Below, one piece after another: positions 50,091 to 59,619 of a DNA stretch of 64,000 nucleotides. The translations under genes were made by a program, and so were the position numbers. The DNA lies in contig OZ244922.1 in the NCBI GenBank assembly GCA_965221905.1, positions 2,720,001 through 2,784,000 on the forward strand, in the 5' to 3' direction. The stretch is from Chloroflexota bacterium (GTDB lineage: Bacteria > Chloroflexota > UBA11872 > VXOZ01). The stretch's first letter is position 1. Every line of letters begins with the position of its first letter. The notes below the pieces were generated by a model, which worked only from the letters and a program-made list of their open reading frames with translations, was not told the origin of the DNA and did not search any database.

Positions 50091-50117
50091 TGGATTCCGG
50101 CTTTCGCCGGAATTACG
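50091..50117. repeat. Family-B REP inside the cytX leader
   Basis: TGGATTCCGGCTTTCGCCGGAATTACG, directly abutting the GAAGGAGGT RBS. Confidence 0.75.
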
Positions 50118-50156
50118 ATAGTTTTGCGCCTGGACCTTACCAGGCAATCTGTTAAC

Positions 50157-50188
50157 AAAAACAGGCGTGCTGCGGATTCAGCACGCCT
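50157..50188 (-). terminator. Intrinsic terminator of the riboswitch expression platform
   Basis: Minus strand AGGCGTGCTG-AATCCG-CAGCACGCCT-GTTTTT. Confidence 0.8.
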
Positions 50189-50210
50189 AAAGTATGCAAG
50201 GCTTTGCAGT

Positions 50211-50306
50211 GCATTCCCTCCGCAGGTATTACCCTGATCAGGTTCAAGGGTATGAGGACGTAAGCGCGTCTCTCGTCTCAGCCCGGACTCTCGGGCTCCC
50301 CTATCA
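50211..50306 (-). ncRNA. TPP riboswitch (THI box)
   Basis: Minus strand AGGGGAGCCC...GGGCTGAGA...ATACCCTTGAACCTGATCAGGGTAATACCTGCGGAGGGAA has all the hallmark elements. Confidence 0.93.
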
Positions 50307-50367
50307 CGCCACTCTTCAATTGTCCGACGCCGTTTACTCTATCACTATCGTGTCAAACGTGCAACAG

Positions 50368-51093
50368 CTATCGTCCCCCCAGAAACGCTTCGAGCACAAG
50401 CCGAAACTGACGCAAGCATTCTATTGCAAAATTGCGCTGATTAGCCACACGTCCGGAATCCGCAAGTAAGTGCGTGGTTGTCCAGACCTGCTCCTGTCCA
50501 GCATGTAAGTCAGCCGTAGACTGGGACCTGGCGCCCCGCCCACATGTGTGTTCTCCTTCATCGCTTGACTCTGCCGTAGCGCGGGGACTTGTCCCCCGCT
50601 CCTCTGCCAGTGGACCGATTCCACTCGGCCCAGCCACGGCAAGACACGCCATTCCCACCGGTTTCGCGGAACGGCGGCCGGTTTGGGGACCGGCAATGCC
50701 ACTCTCCGCCAGCGCCCAATCGGACGCAAAGGTGCGCCGGGCTAATTGTGCCAGGGCTGCCGCGTATTCCTCGCTCACAACACCGTGTTCGCTTGCTACG
50801 CCCTGAATACTCTGCACGAGCGGCGTCCTGCTGCCCGCGTATACAATAATCCCACCGCGAAACCACTCTTCATGCGCGGGAATAGCATGGATGAGCATGG
50901 CGATGGCGCCACCGGCGGCAGTCTCTGCCACTGCGAGCGTCTCTCCCCTTTTGGCAAGTGTCGTTCCAACTCCATCGAGCAGACGCTGCAGGTTGAGGCT
51001 TGTTTTCGCCCCCGCACCTTGACTGCGCGCCTCGGCATCTGAGCCCCGGTCTAAAGATGACCTTGCCGGACTATTCAGCCAGGGTGCGTTCAT
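50368..51093 (-). CDS. CinA C-terminal / PncC-like protein, divergent (start uncertain)
   Basis: LAVAETAAGG, FRGGIIVY, HGVVSEE, ESGIAGP, KPVG. Confidence 0.7.
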   Translation of the reverse strand: MNAPWLNSPARSSLDRGSDAEARSQGAGAKTSLNLQRLLDGVGTTLAKRGETLAVAETAAGGAIAMLIHAIPAHEEWFRGGIIVYAGSRTPLVQSIQGVASEHGVVSEEYAAALAQLARRTFASDWALAESGIAGPQTGRRSAKPVGMACLAVAGPSGIGPLAEERGTSPRATAESSDEGEHTCGRGARSQSTADLHAGQEQVWTTTHLLADSGRVANQRNFAIECLRQFRLVLEAFLGGR

Positions 51094-52942
51094 CGCCATC
51101 TCGCTGGGTGACATTATCACGGTCCATTTGCTCCAACAATGGCAGCACGTACTTCCGACTTGTGCCAAAGACGTCTCGTAGCTGTGCCACCGTGGCGCGA
51201 GCTTCCCGCGCCAAATGCTCACGCACCTGCGCCACCGCCTGTTGGTAGGCTCGACGCGAATAGATGAGGTCATTGTTCACCCGGACAATCCGGCCCTGCG
51301 CTGCCAACACGTTCACCAAGTCATCGTCCAATGCGAGCGACGTACGAAGGTCGCCCAGACTCGGGGGCGCCATTGGCTCTCGTTCCAGCACGTCGAGCAA
51401 AGCCGTCGCCACTTCCTCTTGCACCGCGCTCAACGCAATCGCAAACCCAAATTGACGCAGGTCGCCTCTCTCTTCCGCTATCACCTCGTCGGCACAGAGC
51501 CGCCGCACGATCTGGTTGAAGACGCGGCTTTCCAATCCAAGCTGCCGCCGCACTTCCTCTTTTCCCATGCCGTTGCGCAAGGAGTAGCGCACGTGAAAGT
51601 CCTGGACTACAGAGACCAAACGCTCTGTAATCTCGGCCCAACCGGCAGCGGAATAAAGAAAACTGCCCAAGTCTACGGCTCGTTCCGCACCCAGCAGCCC
51701 TGCCAAAACGTCGTCAATCTGCGCGGTGGTGAGAGGCAACACTCGATTGAGCACGTCTTGCGTGCAGGGCTCCCGCTGCCGAATAGCCTGCAGCACCACG
51801 TCATCGGGCGAGCCGCGCTCCAACGTATCCAAGGTCGAAATCACGTCTTCCGCAAAGCGTTTATGGCGGGGCGGGTATGGGTCGAGGACTTCGCCGCCAC
51901 CAAGGGTACAAGACGGGCTGAGTTGCCGGATGATGAAAAGATCGCCCTTGATGAGACTTGCAGGTTTAACGAGAAGCAGTTGTACAAGCCCATCTTCCCC
52001 TGGCGAGATGGTCTCACGATCGAGAAGCCTAACACGGGCGAGAGTTTCCATGGTCCCGGCATGGAATGTAACCATAGTCCCGTGAACCAGCGGGCGAGGC
52101 GCGGCAGGCAAGAGCCGGATGCGTACGTCCGCAAAGCGCGTAGCGGCAAGCATGCGGGGCAATGTGAGTACCTGTCCGCGATAGACTTCATCAACGTCAA
52201 CCCCGCCTACGTTGACGGCAACGCGATTACCAGGCAGAGCGTTCTCGATCTTGTGCTTATGACTCTGCAGCCCGCGTATGCGGCCGCTCATGTTGCCGGG
52301 AACGACGTGGACGTCGTCACCGACGTGGAGTTGACCGTCGAGCAGCGTGCCGGTGACCACGGTGCCAAAGCCACTGAGGGTGAAGGCCCGATCGATAGGC
52401 AGGCGCGGGCGGCCTACGTCCCGTTTAGCTTCCGTATCTGCGAGCAAGTCATCGAGGACACTGCACAGTTCGTCTAATCCCTCTCCAGAAATTGCGGATA
52501 CACGCACTAGCGGGCTATCGGCGAGTACAGTACCTGCCACCGTTTCACGCAGCTCTTCCTCAACAAGGTGCAACCAATCTTCGTCTTCAACCAGGTCGCA
52601 CCGCGTTAGCACCAGTACTCCCGCCGGCACCCGCAGCAAGTCCAGAATGTCAAGGTGCTCGCGAGTCTGGGGCATCACGCCTTCATCGGCGGCAACCACC
52701 AACAGACCCGCATCAATTCCACCCACACCCGCCAGCATGTTCTTGATGAAACGCTCGTGACCGGGCACGTCGACTATTGAAATCTCCTTGCCGCTGGGCA
52801 GCGTAAGCCACGCGAATCCCAGATCGATCGTCAGCCCACGCTCTTTTTCTTCGCGCAGCCGGTCCGGGTCTATACCCGTAAGCGCCTGAATCAGCGTAGA
52901 CTTGCCGTGGTCGACGTGACCTGCAGTGCCAATCGTGAACAT
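51071..52942 (-). CDS. selB: Selenocysteine-specific elongation factor
   Basis: GTAGHVDHGKS, DRLREEKERGLTIDLGFA, DVPGHERFIKNMLAG, C-terminal winged helix with SRKYVLPLLE. Confidence 0.96.
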   Translation of the reverse strand: MFTIGTAGHVDHGKSTLIQALTGIDPDRLREEKERGLTIDLGFAWLTLPSGKEISIVDVPGHERFIKNMLAGVGGIDAGLLVVAADEGVMPQTREHLDILDLLRVPAGVLVLTRCDLVEDEDWLHLVEEELRETVAGTVLADSPLVRVSAISGEGLDELCSVLDDLLADTEAKRDVGRPRLPIDRAFTLSGFGTVVTGTLLDGQLHVGDDVHVVPGNMSGRIRGLQSHKHKIENALPGNRVAVNVGGVDVDEVYRGQVLTLPRMLAATRFADVRIRLLPAAPRPLVHGTMVTFHAGTMETLARVRLLDRETISPGEDGLVQLLLVKPASLIKGDLFIIRQLSPSCTLGGGEVLDPYPPRHKRFAEDVISTLDTLERGSPDDVVLQAIRQREPCTQDVLNRVLPLTTAQIDDVLAGLLGAERAVDLGSFLYSAAGWAEITERLVSVVQDFHVRYSLRNGMGKEEVRRQLGLESRVFNQIVRRLCADEVIAEERGDLRQFGFAIALSAVQEEVATALLDVLEREPMAPPSLGDLRTSLALDDDLVNVLAAQGRIVRVNNDLIYSRRAYQQAVAQVREHLAREARATVAQLRDVFGTSRKYVLPLLEQMDRDNVTQRDGDERTLAE

Positions 52943-53148
52943 TGCGCAGTCTCAATTGCTTCCTGCACGTAACCACTTATCGATGCCAGCCTGCCATTTA
53001 CTACAGCTAGGCCTGCTGGACTTCGGCCCAGCATCTTCACTGCCTCCGCAGATACCGATAGACCACCGGCCGCCATGGTCTTGCGCGCAGCGTATCACAT
53101 TGTTGGAGGCCGGTGCGGTCGCACCCCACCACCTTCGCATCGTCTCGC

Positions 53149-54180
53149 CTAAGCGGCTTTCTCGATCTTGTACACGCTCGCCTTCTTCCCCGAAACGAGC
53201 ACATCGTAGCGCTTCAGTACCGTGAACTTGCCCGCGAAGTCACGCATACAGTCTTCGAAGATATCCGGCGTCCCTACGATCAATACCAGGAGGCCCTTAA
53301 GCCGTAGGACTCTATGAAACTCCTTTAACATCGCCTGGTTAAACTGTCTCGGGTCGGCGTTTTGCATGCGGTAGAAGCCCCATGGCGGGTCGGTAATGAT
53401 CTTACCAACAGAATCCGATGCAAACGTTCGCAGGTTTAGGGCGTCCCAACGACCGATGACAACTTTCTGCCTCTGCCGCCGCAGTTTCATGCGCAAGCTC
53501 TTTATGAGCTTTGCATCGATGTCTCCCGTCAAGACTGTTTGATAGGGAAAGGCGTTTGCACGTGCCAGCGGGATCGCTCCAGACCCGCAGAAGGGGTCGA
53601 GCACGACGTCCATTTCCGAGGGATCTGAGATTAGACAAAGTAGATGGCAGAGCTCCGGGCGTAACTCGCCGCGCTCCAGGGTCTTTTCGTATGCCGTGTG
53701 GCGGGTAATGCGCATGCCCACAAAGCCAAAGCCCTCACGCCGGGCGAGCAGCCAAAACTCGACGTCGGGATTGCTGTGATCGGGCTTGAGCCGGGTATTG
53801 CCCGAGAGAAGCCGCTCCAGGCCGGTACGGCTGCGCTGGGGAATCGAGACGAATTGGTTGCCGTACGAGGCGACAAACCGGTAGGTCTTGACCTTGCCGG
53901 GCAAGAAGGGCGTTAAGCGGCGCAAGAGCTGCCCGTCCGCCTGGACAGTCTGGACCATCTCCGCAATGGGATCACGGCCCAGCCCATCGAACAACATGAG
54001 ACAGACGAAGCTATTGTTGCAGAACCGCAGCGCTTGCACGTTCGCAACACTGGACGAAGAACGGTAAACAACCAGGCCGTCGAGGAGCAGGTCAATTTCT
54101 AGGTTCTCGAGCCCATGCCTGAGCGCTTCCGCGACGACTTCTCCCATGCCGGGAATGAAAGAAGAAACGTATGTGGTCAT
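53149..54180 (-). CDS. SAM-dependent RNA methyltransferase (Trm11/UPF0020-like)
   Basis: GELRPEL, LDPFCGSG, ITDPPWG. Confidence 0.8.
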   Translation of the reverse strand: MTTYVSSFIPGMGEVVAEALRHGLENLEIDLLLDGLVVYRSSSSVANVQALRFCNNSFVCLMLFDGLGRDPIAEMVQTVQADGQLLRRLTPFLPGKVKTYRFVASYGNQFVSIPQRSRTGLERLLSGNTRLKPDHSNPDVEFWLLARREGFGFVGMRITRHTAYEKTLERGELRPELCHLLCLISDPSEMDVVLDPFCGSGAIPLARANAFPYQTVLTGDIDAKLIKSLRMKLRRQRQKVVIGRWDALNLRTFASDSVGKIITDPPWGFYRMQNADPRQFNQAMLKEFHRVLRLKGLLVLIVGTPDIFEDCMRDFAGKFTVLKRYDVLVSGKKASVYKIEKAA

Positions 54181-54309
54181 GCAAATAGCTTACCCGGAGT
54201 TGCGCGGGAGCGTACAGCGCAGCCGGGAAATCTCGCTAGGAAGGAACGCATTTCACCACGACAGAAACTGCAATTGGCGCGATCGCAACCGGTCGTCATT
54301 GGCGCTTTT

Positions 54310-55500
54310 CTATTTCTCGCACACTACGCCATCGCCGTCGCCGTCCCGCGGCGGATCGGTGAACAACCCAATCGGAAAGCCACGTCCGGCACCAGAGTCC
54401 CCCTGAATGCGTTCTTCTCCAGCGGCAATTGCTTCATCGCAGCTTGCGTACTTGGCTGTTGGGGTCGCAGATGCAGACGGTGTCGGTGTAGGTGTGTGCG
54501 TTGGGGTTGCCGTCGGCGTTGGTGTGCGCGTCGGTCTTGGCGTAGGCAGAGGCGTAGGCGTCGGAGTGCCCAAAATTGCCGGCCTTGGTGACGGCGTCGG
54601 CAAGAGTGAGGGCCGAGGAATCGGGCTGGAAGTTGGCGCGGGCGTGCGCCCCGCAGTTGGCGTAGGAGTTGGCGTGCGCCGAATCAACGATCCGGGTGTC
54701 GGCGTCGACGTTGGCGTCCCCGACGGCGTCGGCGTAGCACTCGGCGTGGGTGTCGGCGTAGGAGTTGGCAGCACAATCAATGGATCTTCATCACACGCTT
54801 CCAGCATCGTGCGCAGTGCGCTCACCTCATCGTCATCCGCGCTCAGTCCCCAAAATACCTTGACAGCAATCCAATCTTGCGCGTATTGGCACCATGCAGA
54901 CTCCGCAGGCGGTTTCCATTCACCTGGATCGCGCGCCCCTTTTGAGCGATTGCTCGACGCCGAGACCGCCGTCAAGGTCTGCGGCAAGGTCAGATCGTTC
55001 GCATACGCGTAGCGCCGCTCATAAGACCACCGCCATCCTCCCGATTCATGCACTTCGGCGAGCGGCACCATGTGGTCGATGTCCACGCCTGACGCGCTCG
55101 TAATCGTCCTCTCGTCGTACCACGACAACCATGTGCCGTCCGGCACGCAAGACTCATCGTCACTTTCGAGCGTACTCGCTTCGGCAACCAAGACTTCCTC
55201 GCGCGTGTCACAGCCGTCGTCATCTATGTCACCCCAACCGTTCTGCTCGTACCTCCAGCGTCCGTAGGTCACGCCGCCATCGGATTCCGGCGCTGTCTTG
55301 AGCTGCACACCCGCAATATACGTCGTCGAAGGAATGGCTTGCTCCGGTTCGCAATTGGCCTCGTAGAAAACATCTACGCCGCTCCAGCCAGCGAGTTTCA
55401 AGCTCTCCCGCGCAGCATTGAGTTGTGTGCATACATCCGTTGTCGGGCCATCGTCGATGGTGATGGCAAACCAAACGATCGCTAGGAACAACGCCAGCAC
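54310..55500 (-). CDS. Secreted/anchored HNH (DUF1524-like) nuclease with a Pro/Thr linker and Excalibur-like Ca-binding tail
   Basis: N-terminal hydrophobic helix; DGCDTREEVL, DIDHMVPL, YAND, NRSKG, WCQYA; (PT)n linker; YASC...RDGDGDGVVCE. Confidence 0.85.
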   Translation of the reverse strand: MLALFLAIVWFAITIDDGPTTDVCTQLNAARESLKLAGWSGVDVFYEANCEPEQAIPSTTYIAGVQLKTAPESDGGVTYGRWRYEQNGWGDIDDDGCDTREEVLVAEASTLESDDESCVPDGTWLSWYDERTITSASGVDIDHMVPLAEVHESGGWRWSYERRYAYANDLTLPQTLTAVSASSNRSKGARDPGEWKPPAESAWCQYAQDWIAVKVFWGLSADDDEVSALRTMLEACDEDPLIVLPTPTPTPTPSATPTPSGTPTSTPTPGSLIRRTPTPTPTAGRTPAPTSSPIPRPSLLPTPSPRPAILGTPTPTPLPTPRPTRTPTPTATPTHTPTPTPSASATPTAKYASCDEAIAAGEERIQGDSGAGRGFPIGLFTDPPRDGDGDGVVCEK

Positions 55501-55687
55501 GTCTCACCTCTTTGTGACTAGAGCGCACATCAACGTGCACTCAAACGACTAAACCCTCCAACTGCCCTGAGCCCAGCAGCAAGCATACTGCCCTATAACG
55601 CAATAGTCAAGAAGATTGAGCGCATCGTACGGGTGCATCCGGCCTGTCTCTTTATCGGTAATGCTAAAGGAGCTGCAACCCGCAACC

Positions 55688-57112
55688 CTACTCACCGGCA
55701 GAATCAGGCGCAGTCCAACGCTCTGCCAGCAAATACAAGCCCATGCCATGCGAACCTTTGATGAGCACCACGTCGTGCGGCCGGACTTCCCTGGCGAGAT
55801 GCGCCTCGGCAGCGTCCAGGGCCGCCTCGAGCGAGTCGCCACCCGCGTGGTCTGCCGGTATTTCGGTAATCTGTGCCGGGTCCATGCCGGCTGCGCGAGC
55901 GCCGGCCGCAATATGAGTACTCTCACTGCCTATGGTCAATAGATGGTCGGCAAATTGCGCCACAGAATGGCCGAGCAGGCGGTGCTCTTCCGCGGCATAC
56001 GGGCCAAGCTCCAGCATGTCACCGAGCACTGCAATGCGTTTGCCATTCGCTCCCAACTGCGCGAGCGATTCTAGGGCTACAACAGCCGAAACGCGATTGG
56101 CATTGTAAGCGTCATCGAGCAGGACCGATCCGTTACGGCCCTTTCGCACGTGCAGGCGACCCGGCGCGGGACGAACCTTCGCCAACCCCGCCGCAATCTC
56201 GTCCAGTGAGAGGCCATACTCACAACCCACTGCCGTCGCCGCCAACGCAGCGTAAACCCCGGCTTGGCCGAGGATGTGTGTAACGACTTTGCCCCTTTGG
56301 GTTCCCGCAAGGACATCGAACTGCGTCCGGCCGTCAGACAGCACCCTTACGTCTTGTGCCGAAACATCCGTCGATCCATCGACGCCGTAGGTAATTATGT
56401 TTGCGCGCGTTCGGGCGGACATCTGCCTGACCCGCGAGTCGTCCCCATTGAGTACGGCCCTGCCGCGTGCAGGCAGCGCTTGTACTAATTCGGCCTTTGC
56501 TTGCTGCACAACGTCAAGCGACCCAAAGAGTTCCAGATGCACCGGCCCCACCGCCGTTACGACACCAATATGGGGCCTGATCCTGCGGCAATAGCTCGCA
56601 ATCTCACCGCGCCACTGGGCGCCCATCTCAAGCACAAGCACTTCGTCTTCCGGCCCGCAACGGGCAACCGAGCGGGGAATGCCAATCTCATTGTTCTCTG
56701 TGCCAAGCGCCCTGCAAACGGCAAAGCGTTCCGCCAGTACCGATGCAATCGCCTCTTTTGTGGTCGTCTTGCCATAGCTACCGGTCACGGCAACAATTCG
56801 CAGATCGGTTCGTTGCCGCACCAGGTAGCGGGCAAGCTTCCAAGCAGCATCGTTTGGGTTTCGCACCCGTATTTGGGGTACGGCGACATCAGGCCGGGGT
56901 CGCTGGCAAAGAATTGCAGCGGCGCCCTTCGCAACGGCGTCATCGATGAACGCATGCCCGTCGCGCTGGTTGGTGCGCAACGCAAGAAAGACCTCGCCCG
57001 GTTGGAGTATGCGCGAATCGTGGCAAAGTCCCGTGCACACGACACTCTCCGCCACTGGGGTTGGCGGCGGCGTGCGTCGCAATGCGCGGTAGACGTCGGC
57101 AAGGAAGAACAA
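55688..57112 (-). CDS. murF: UDP-MurNAc-tripeptide--D-Ala-D-Ala ligase
   Basis: DSR, DGH, VTGSYGKTTTKE, NNEIG, LEMG, DDAYNAN, LGDMLELG, KGS. Confidence 0.93.
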   Translation of the reverse strand: MFFLADVYRALRRTPPPTPVAESVVCTGLCHDSRILQPGEVFLALRTNQRDGHAFIDDAVAKGAAAILCQRPRPDVAVPQIRVRNPNDAAWKLARYLVRQRTDLRIVAVTGSYGKTTTKEAIASVLAERFAVCRALGTENNEIGIPRSVARCGPEDEVLVLEMGAQWRGEIASYCRRIRPHIGVVTAVGPVHLELFGSLDVVQQAKAELVQALPARGRAVLNGDDSRVRQMSARTRANIITYGVDGSTDVSAQDVRVLSDGRTQFDVLAGTQRGKVVTHILGQAGVYAALAATAVGCEYGLSLDEIAAGLAKVRPAPGRLHVRKGRNGSVLLDDAYNANRVSAVVALESLAQLGANGKRIAVLGDMLELGPYAAEEHRLLGHSVAQFADHLLTIGSESTHIAAGARAAGMDPAQITEIPADHAGGDSLEAALDAAEAHLAREVRPHDVVLIKGSHGMGLYLLAERWTAPDSAGE

Positions 57113-57454
57113 CGGTGGCAGTGCTCCTTAATTCGTCCGTCTCGACTTTGACAGATCGCTGCAAAGTCTTGACACGTGTGATGCGGGATTGTGCCAAAAG
57201 CAGCAGGTGCTTGGCTCGTCGCTCTCGTCGGGACACAAGGCGGACTGCACGTGGGCGGCCCCTTGAGGAATGTGCCATTCGCACCGAGGAGTAGGGAAAG
57301 TGCCCCGCACAGTGCCTATGGCGGCTCTGGAAAACCCAGCAAGACCGCGCCTAGGGAGCACTCCGCGGAGTATTTTCCCATGCAGAGCACGCAACTACTA
57401 CTCGTTCCGGGCTTCCTGGGCCAAGACTGCATCCTAGGAGAGTCTACGCCAACC

Positions 57455-57463
57455 TGCTATAAT
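57455..57463 (+). promoter_or_regulatory. Putative extended -10 promoter for ddl-prs
   Basis: TGCTATAAT about 50 bp upstream of the ddl ATG. Confidence 0.55.
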
Positions 57464-57513
57464 GATGCCACCTCTCGTCAGCATAGCAAACGGACACCGG
57501 TGCTTCTTCAACT

Positions 57514-58623
57514 ATGAGCAACAAGCTCCGAGTTGGCCTGCTATTTGGCGGCCGTTCAGCCGAACATGACGTTTCTGTAGTTTCCGCCCGCTCGGTGATG
57601 GCAGCGCTTGATCCAACCAAATACGAGTTGATTCCTATCGGCATTATGCGTGACGGACGTTGGCTGCTGAACGTTAACCCTCAGCGTGCGCTGGCGGACC
57701 AACTGCACCTGGCAAGCGACGCCACTTCATTGCAGCTTGCCTTCAGCCCTCCGACCGCTTTGACCGATCCCCATGCGTCTCAGGATTCTGGCGAACCCAA
57801 AGGAGCAGGCGCGCTAGACGTAATCTTCCCAATTCTTCACGGCCCAAACGGCGAAGACGGCAGCATCCAAGGCCTGTTGCAACTCGCTGACGTGCCATAC
57901 GTTGGTTGCGACGTGCTGAGTTCGGCGCTGGGCATGGACAAGATTGTGCAAAAGAAGCTCTTTGCTCACGCAGGGCTGCCAATTGTTGACTTTGTCGCGG
58001 TGCGCCGCAAGCACTGGCGCGCGCAACCGGATGCATGCATAGCTGAGATCGAGGGGAGCCTCTCTTACCCGCTCTTCGTAAAGCCGGCCGCTCTCGGTTC
58101 GAGCGTCGGCATTTCGAAAACCTACGACCGCGCTGCACTCACACGTGCCCTCGATGAGGCTGCGCGCTACGGTCGCAAGATGATTGTCGAGGCCGCGGTT
58201 CCTCATGCGCGGGAAATCGAGTTCTCGGTACTCGGCAACGACGATCCGATTGTGTCCGTTCCGGGAGAGATCGTGGCCGCACATGAGTTCTACGACTACG
58301 CGGCAAAATATGAGGCAGACTCGGCGCTGCACGTTCCGGCGCAAATTACGGACGCGCTAACAAACGAACTGCAAGCACTGGCGGTCCGCGCCTTTCAGGC
58401 GCTTGAGTGTTGCGGCATGGCGCGGGTGGACTTTCTACTCGACGGAAAAACCGGCGATGCATACATAAGCGAAATCAATACCATACCCGGTTTTACGTCG
58501 ATAAGCATGTATCCAAAGCTGTGGGAAGCCTCCGGTCTAGCGTATCCCGACCTGCTAGACGAACTCATTAGGCTAGCTCTGGAACGCCACCGGGAAGTCA
58601 GTGAACAGGAAACCGCGCGCTAA
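57514..58623 (+). CDS. ddl: D-alanine--D-alanine ligase
   Basis: FGGRSAEHDVS, HGPNGEDG, KPAALGSSVG, FYDYAAKY, EINTIPGFT. Confidence 0.97.
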   Translation: MSNKLRVGLLFGGRSAEHDVSVVSARSVMAALDPTKYELIPIGIMRDGRWLLNVNPQRALADQLHLASDATSLQLAFSPPTALTDPHASQDSGEPKGAGALDVIFPILHGPNGEDGSIQGLLQLADVPYVGCDVLSSALGMDKIVQKKLFAHAGLPIVDFVAVRRKHWRAQPDACIAEIEGSLSYPLFVKPAALGSSVGISKTYDRAALTRALDEAARYGRKMIVEAAVPHAREIEFSVLGNDDPIVSVPGEIVAAHEFYDYAAKYEADSALHVPAQITDALTNELQALAVRAFQALECCGMARVDFLLDGKTGDAYISEINTIPGFTSISMYPKLWEASGLAYPDLLDELIRLALERHREVSEQETAR

Positions 58624-58668
58624 TGCGCGACAAATGGGGGAATAGCATGTTCAGAGGGGACAGCCGCA

Positions 58669-59619
58669 ATGGTTAATGGGGACATCAAGATCTTCTCCGG
58701 CATGGCCAACAATCCTTTGGCTGCCGAGATCGCCGACCTGCTCGGCACTGGTCTCGGTGACGTCAGCATTCACGAGGCTCCGGATTCAGAGACCTTGGTC
58801 ATGGTCAACGAAAGTGTGCGCGGCTGCGACGTGTACGTCGTTCAACCCACCTCGGCGCCGGTCAACGACAACTTGATGCACCTCTTGCTCATAGTCGACG
58901 CTCTCCGTCGGGCCTCCGCCAAGCGCATAACTGCGGTCATACCTTACTTCGGGTATTCCCGCCAGGAACGAATGGCCCACGGACGCGAGCCGATCAGCGC
59001 CAAGGTGGTGGCGGACATGCTCCAATCCGTGGGGGTTGACCGCATCATACTCACCGACATCCATGCGCCGGCAATGCAGGGCTTTTTCAATATCCCCCTT
59101 GAAACCCTCTCTGCCGTACCTCTAATCATTGACTACTTGAAGCAGCGAGACCTATCGGACTCGGTGATAGTCGCGCCGGACGTAGGCCGCGCGAAACTTG
59201 CGGAGAGATATGCAGAGAGCTTGGGAGTTCCCCTCGCCTTGATTCACAAAGCGCGTGAATCTGCCACCACGTCCCGCATCGTTGGCATGATAGGCGATCT
59301 GAAAGGCAAGTACCCTATCATCATCGATGACATCATCTCCACCGGCGGCACCATCGTCGAGACCGCGCACGCGGTCATCAATGCCGGAGCAAGACCTCAA
59401 TTGTGCTTAGCGGCAGTACACGGGCTGCTTGCAGGCTCCGCACCGGACCGGTTGAATCAGGACTTCATTAATGAGGTGGTCCTCACTGACACAGTGCATA
59501 TACCGCCCGATAGGCGGACGCCCAACATGACCATCCTCTCCGTGGCCCAGCTCTTTGCCGAGGCGATACACCGCTCCCACAATGAAAAATCGGTGAGCGG
59601 ACTCTACCTCCTCACGTAG
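58669..59619 (+). CDS. prs: Ribose-phosphate pyrophosphokinase
   Basis: ESVRG, PYFGYSRQ, DIHA, APDVG, IDDIISTGGT. Confidence 0.96.
   Translation: MVNGDIKIFSGMANNPLAAEIADLLGTGLGDVSIHEAPDSETLVMVNESVRGCDVYVVQPTSAPVNDNLMHLLLIVDALRRASAKRITAVIPYFGYSRQERMAHGREPISAKVVADMLQSVGVDRIILTDIHAPAMQGFFNIPLETLSAVPLIIDYLKQRDLSDSVIVAPDVGRAKLAERYAESLGVPLALIHKARESATTSRIVGMIGDLKGKYPIIIDDIISTGGTIVETAHAVINAGARPQLCLAAVHGLLAGSAPDRLNQDFINEVVLTDTVHIPPDRRTPNMTILSVAQLFAEAIHRSHNEKSVSGLYLLT

Noticed and set aside
52943-53148. tRNA-Sec (selC) next to selB
   Set aside because: The GCTGGACTTCGGCCCAGC hairpin lacks the TCA anticodon loop, T-arm and acceptor stem; no tRNA was seen anywhere in the window.
57230-57370. RNase P RNA
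   Set aside because: Only short resemblances (GGAAAGTGCC, AAACCC, AGCAAG); the GAGGAAAGTCC and 3' ACAGAA..CGGCTTA elements are missing.
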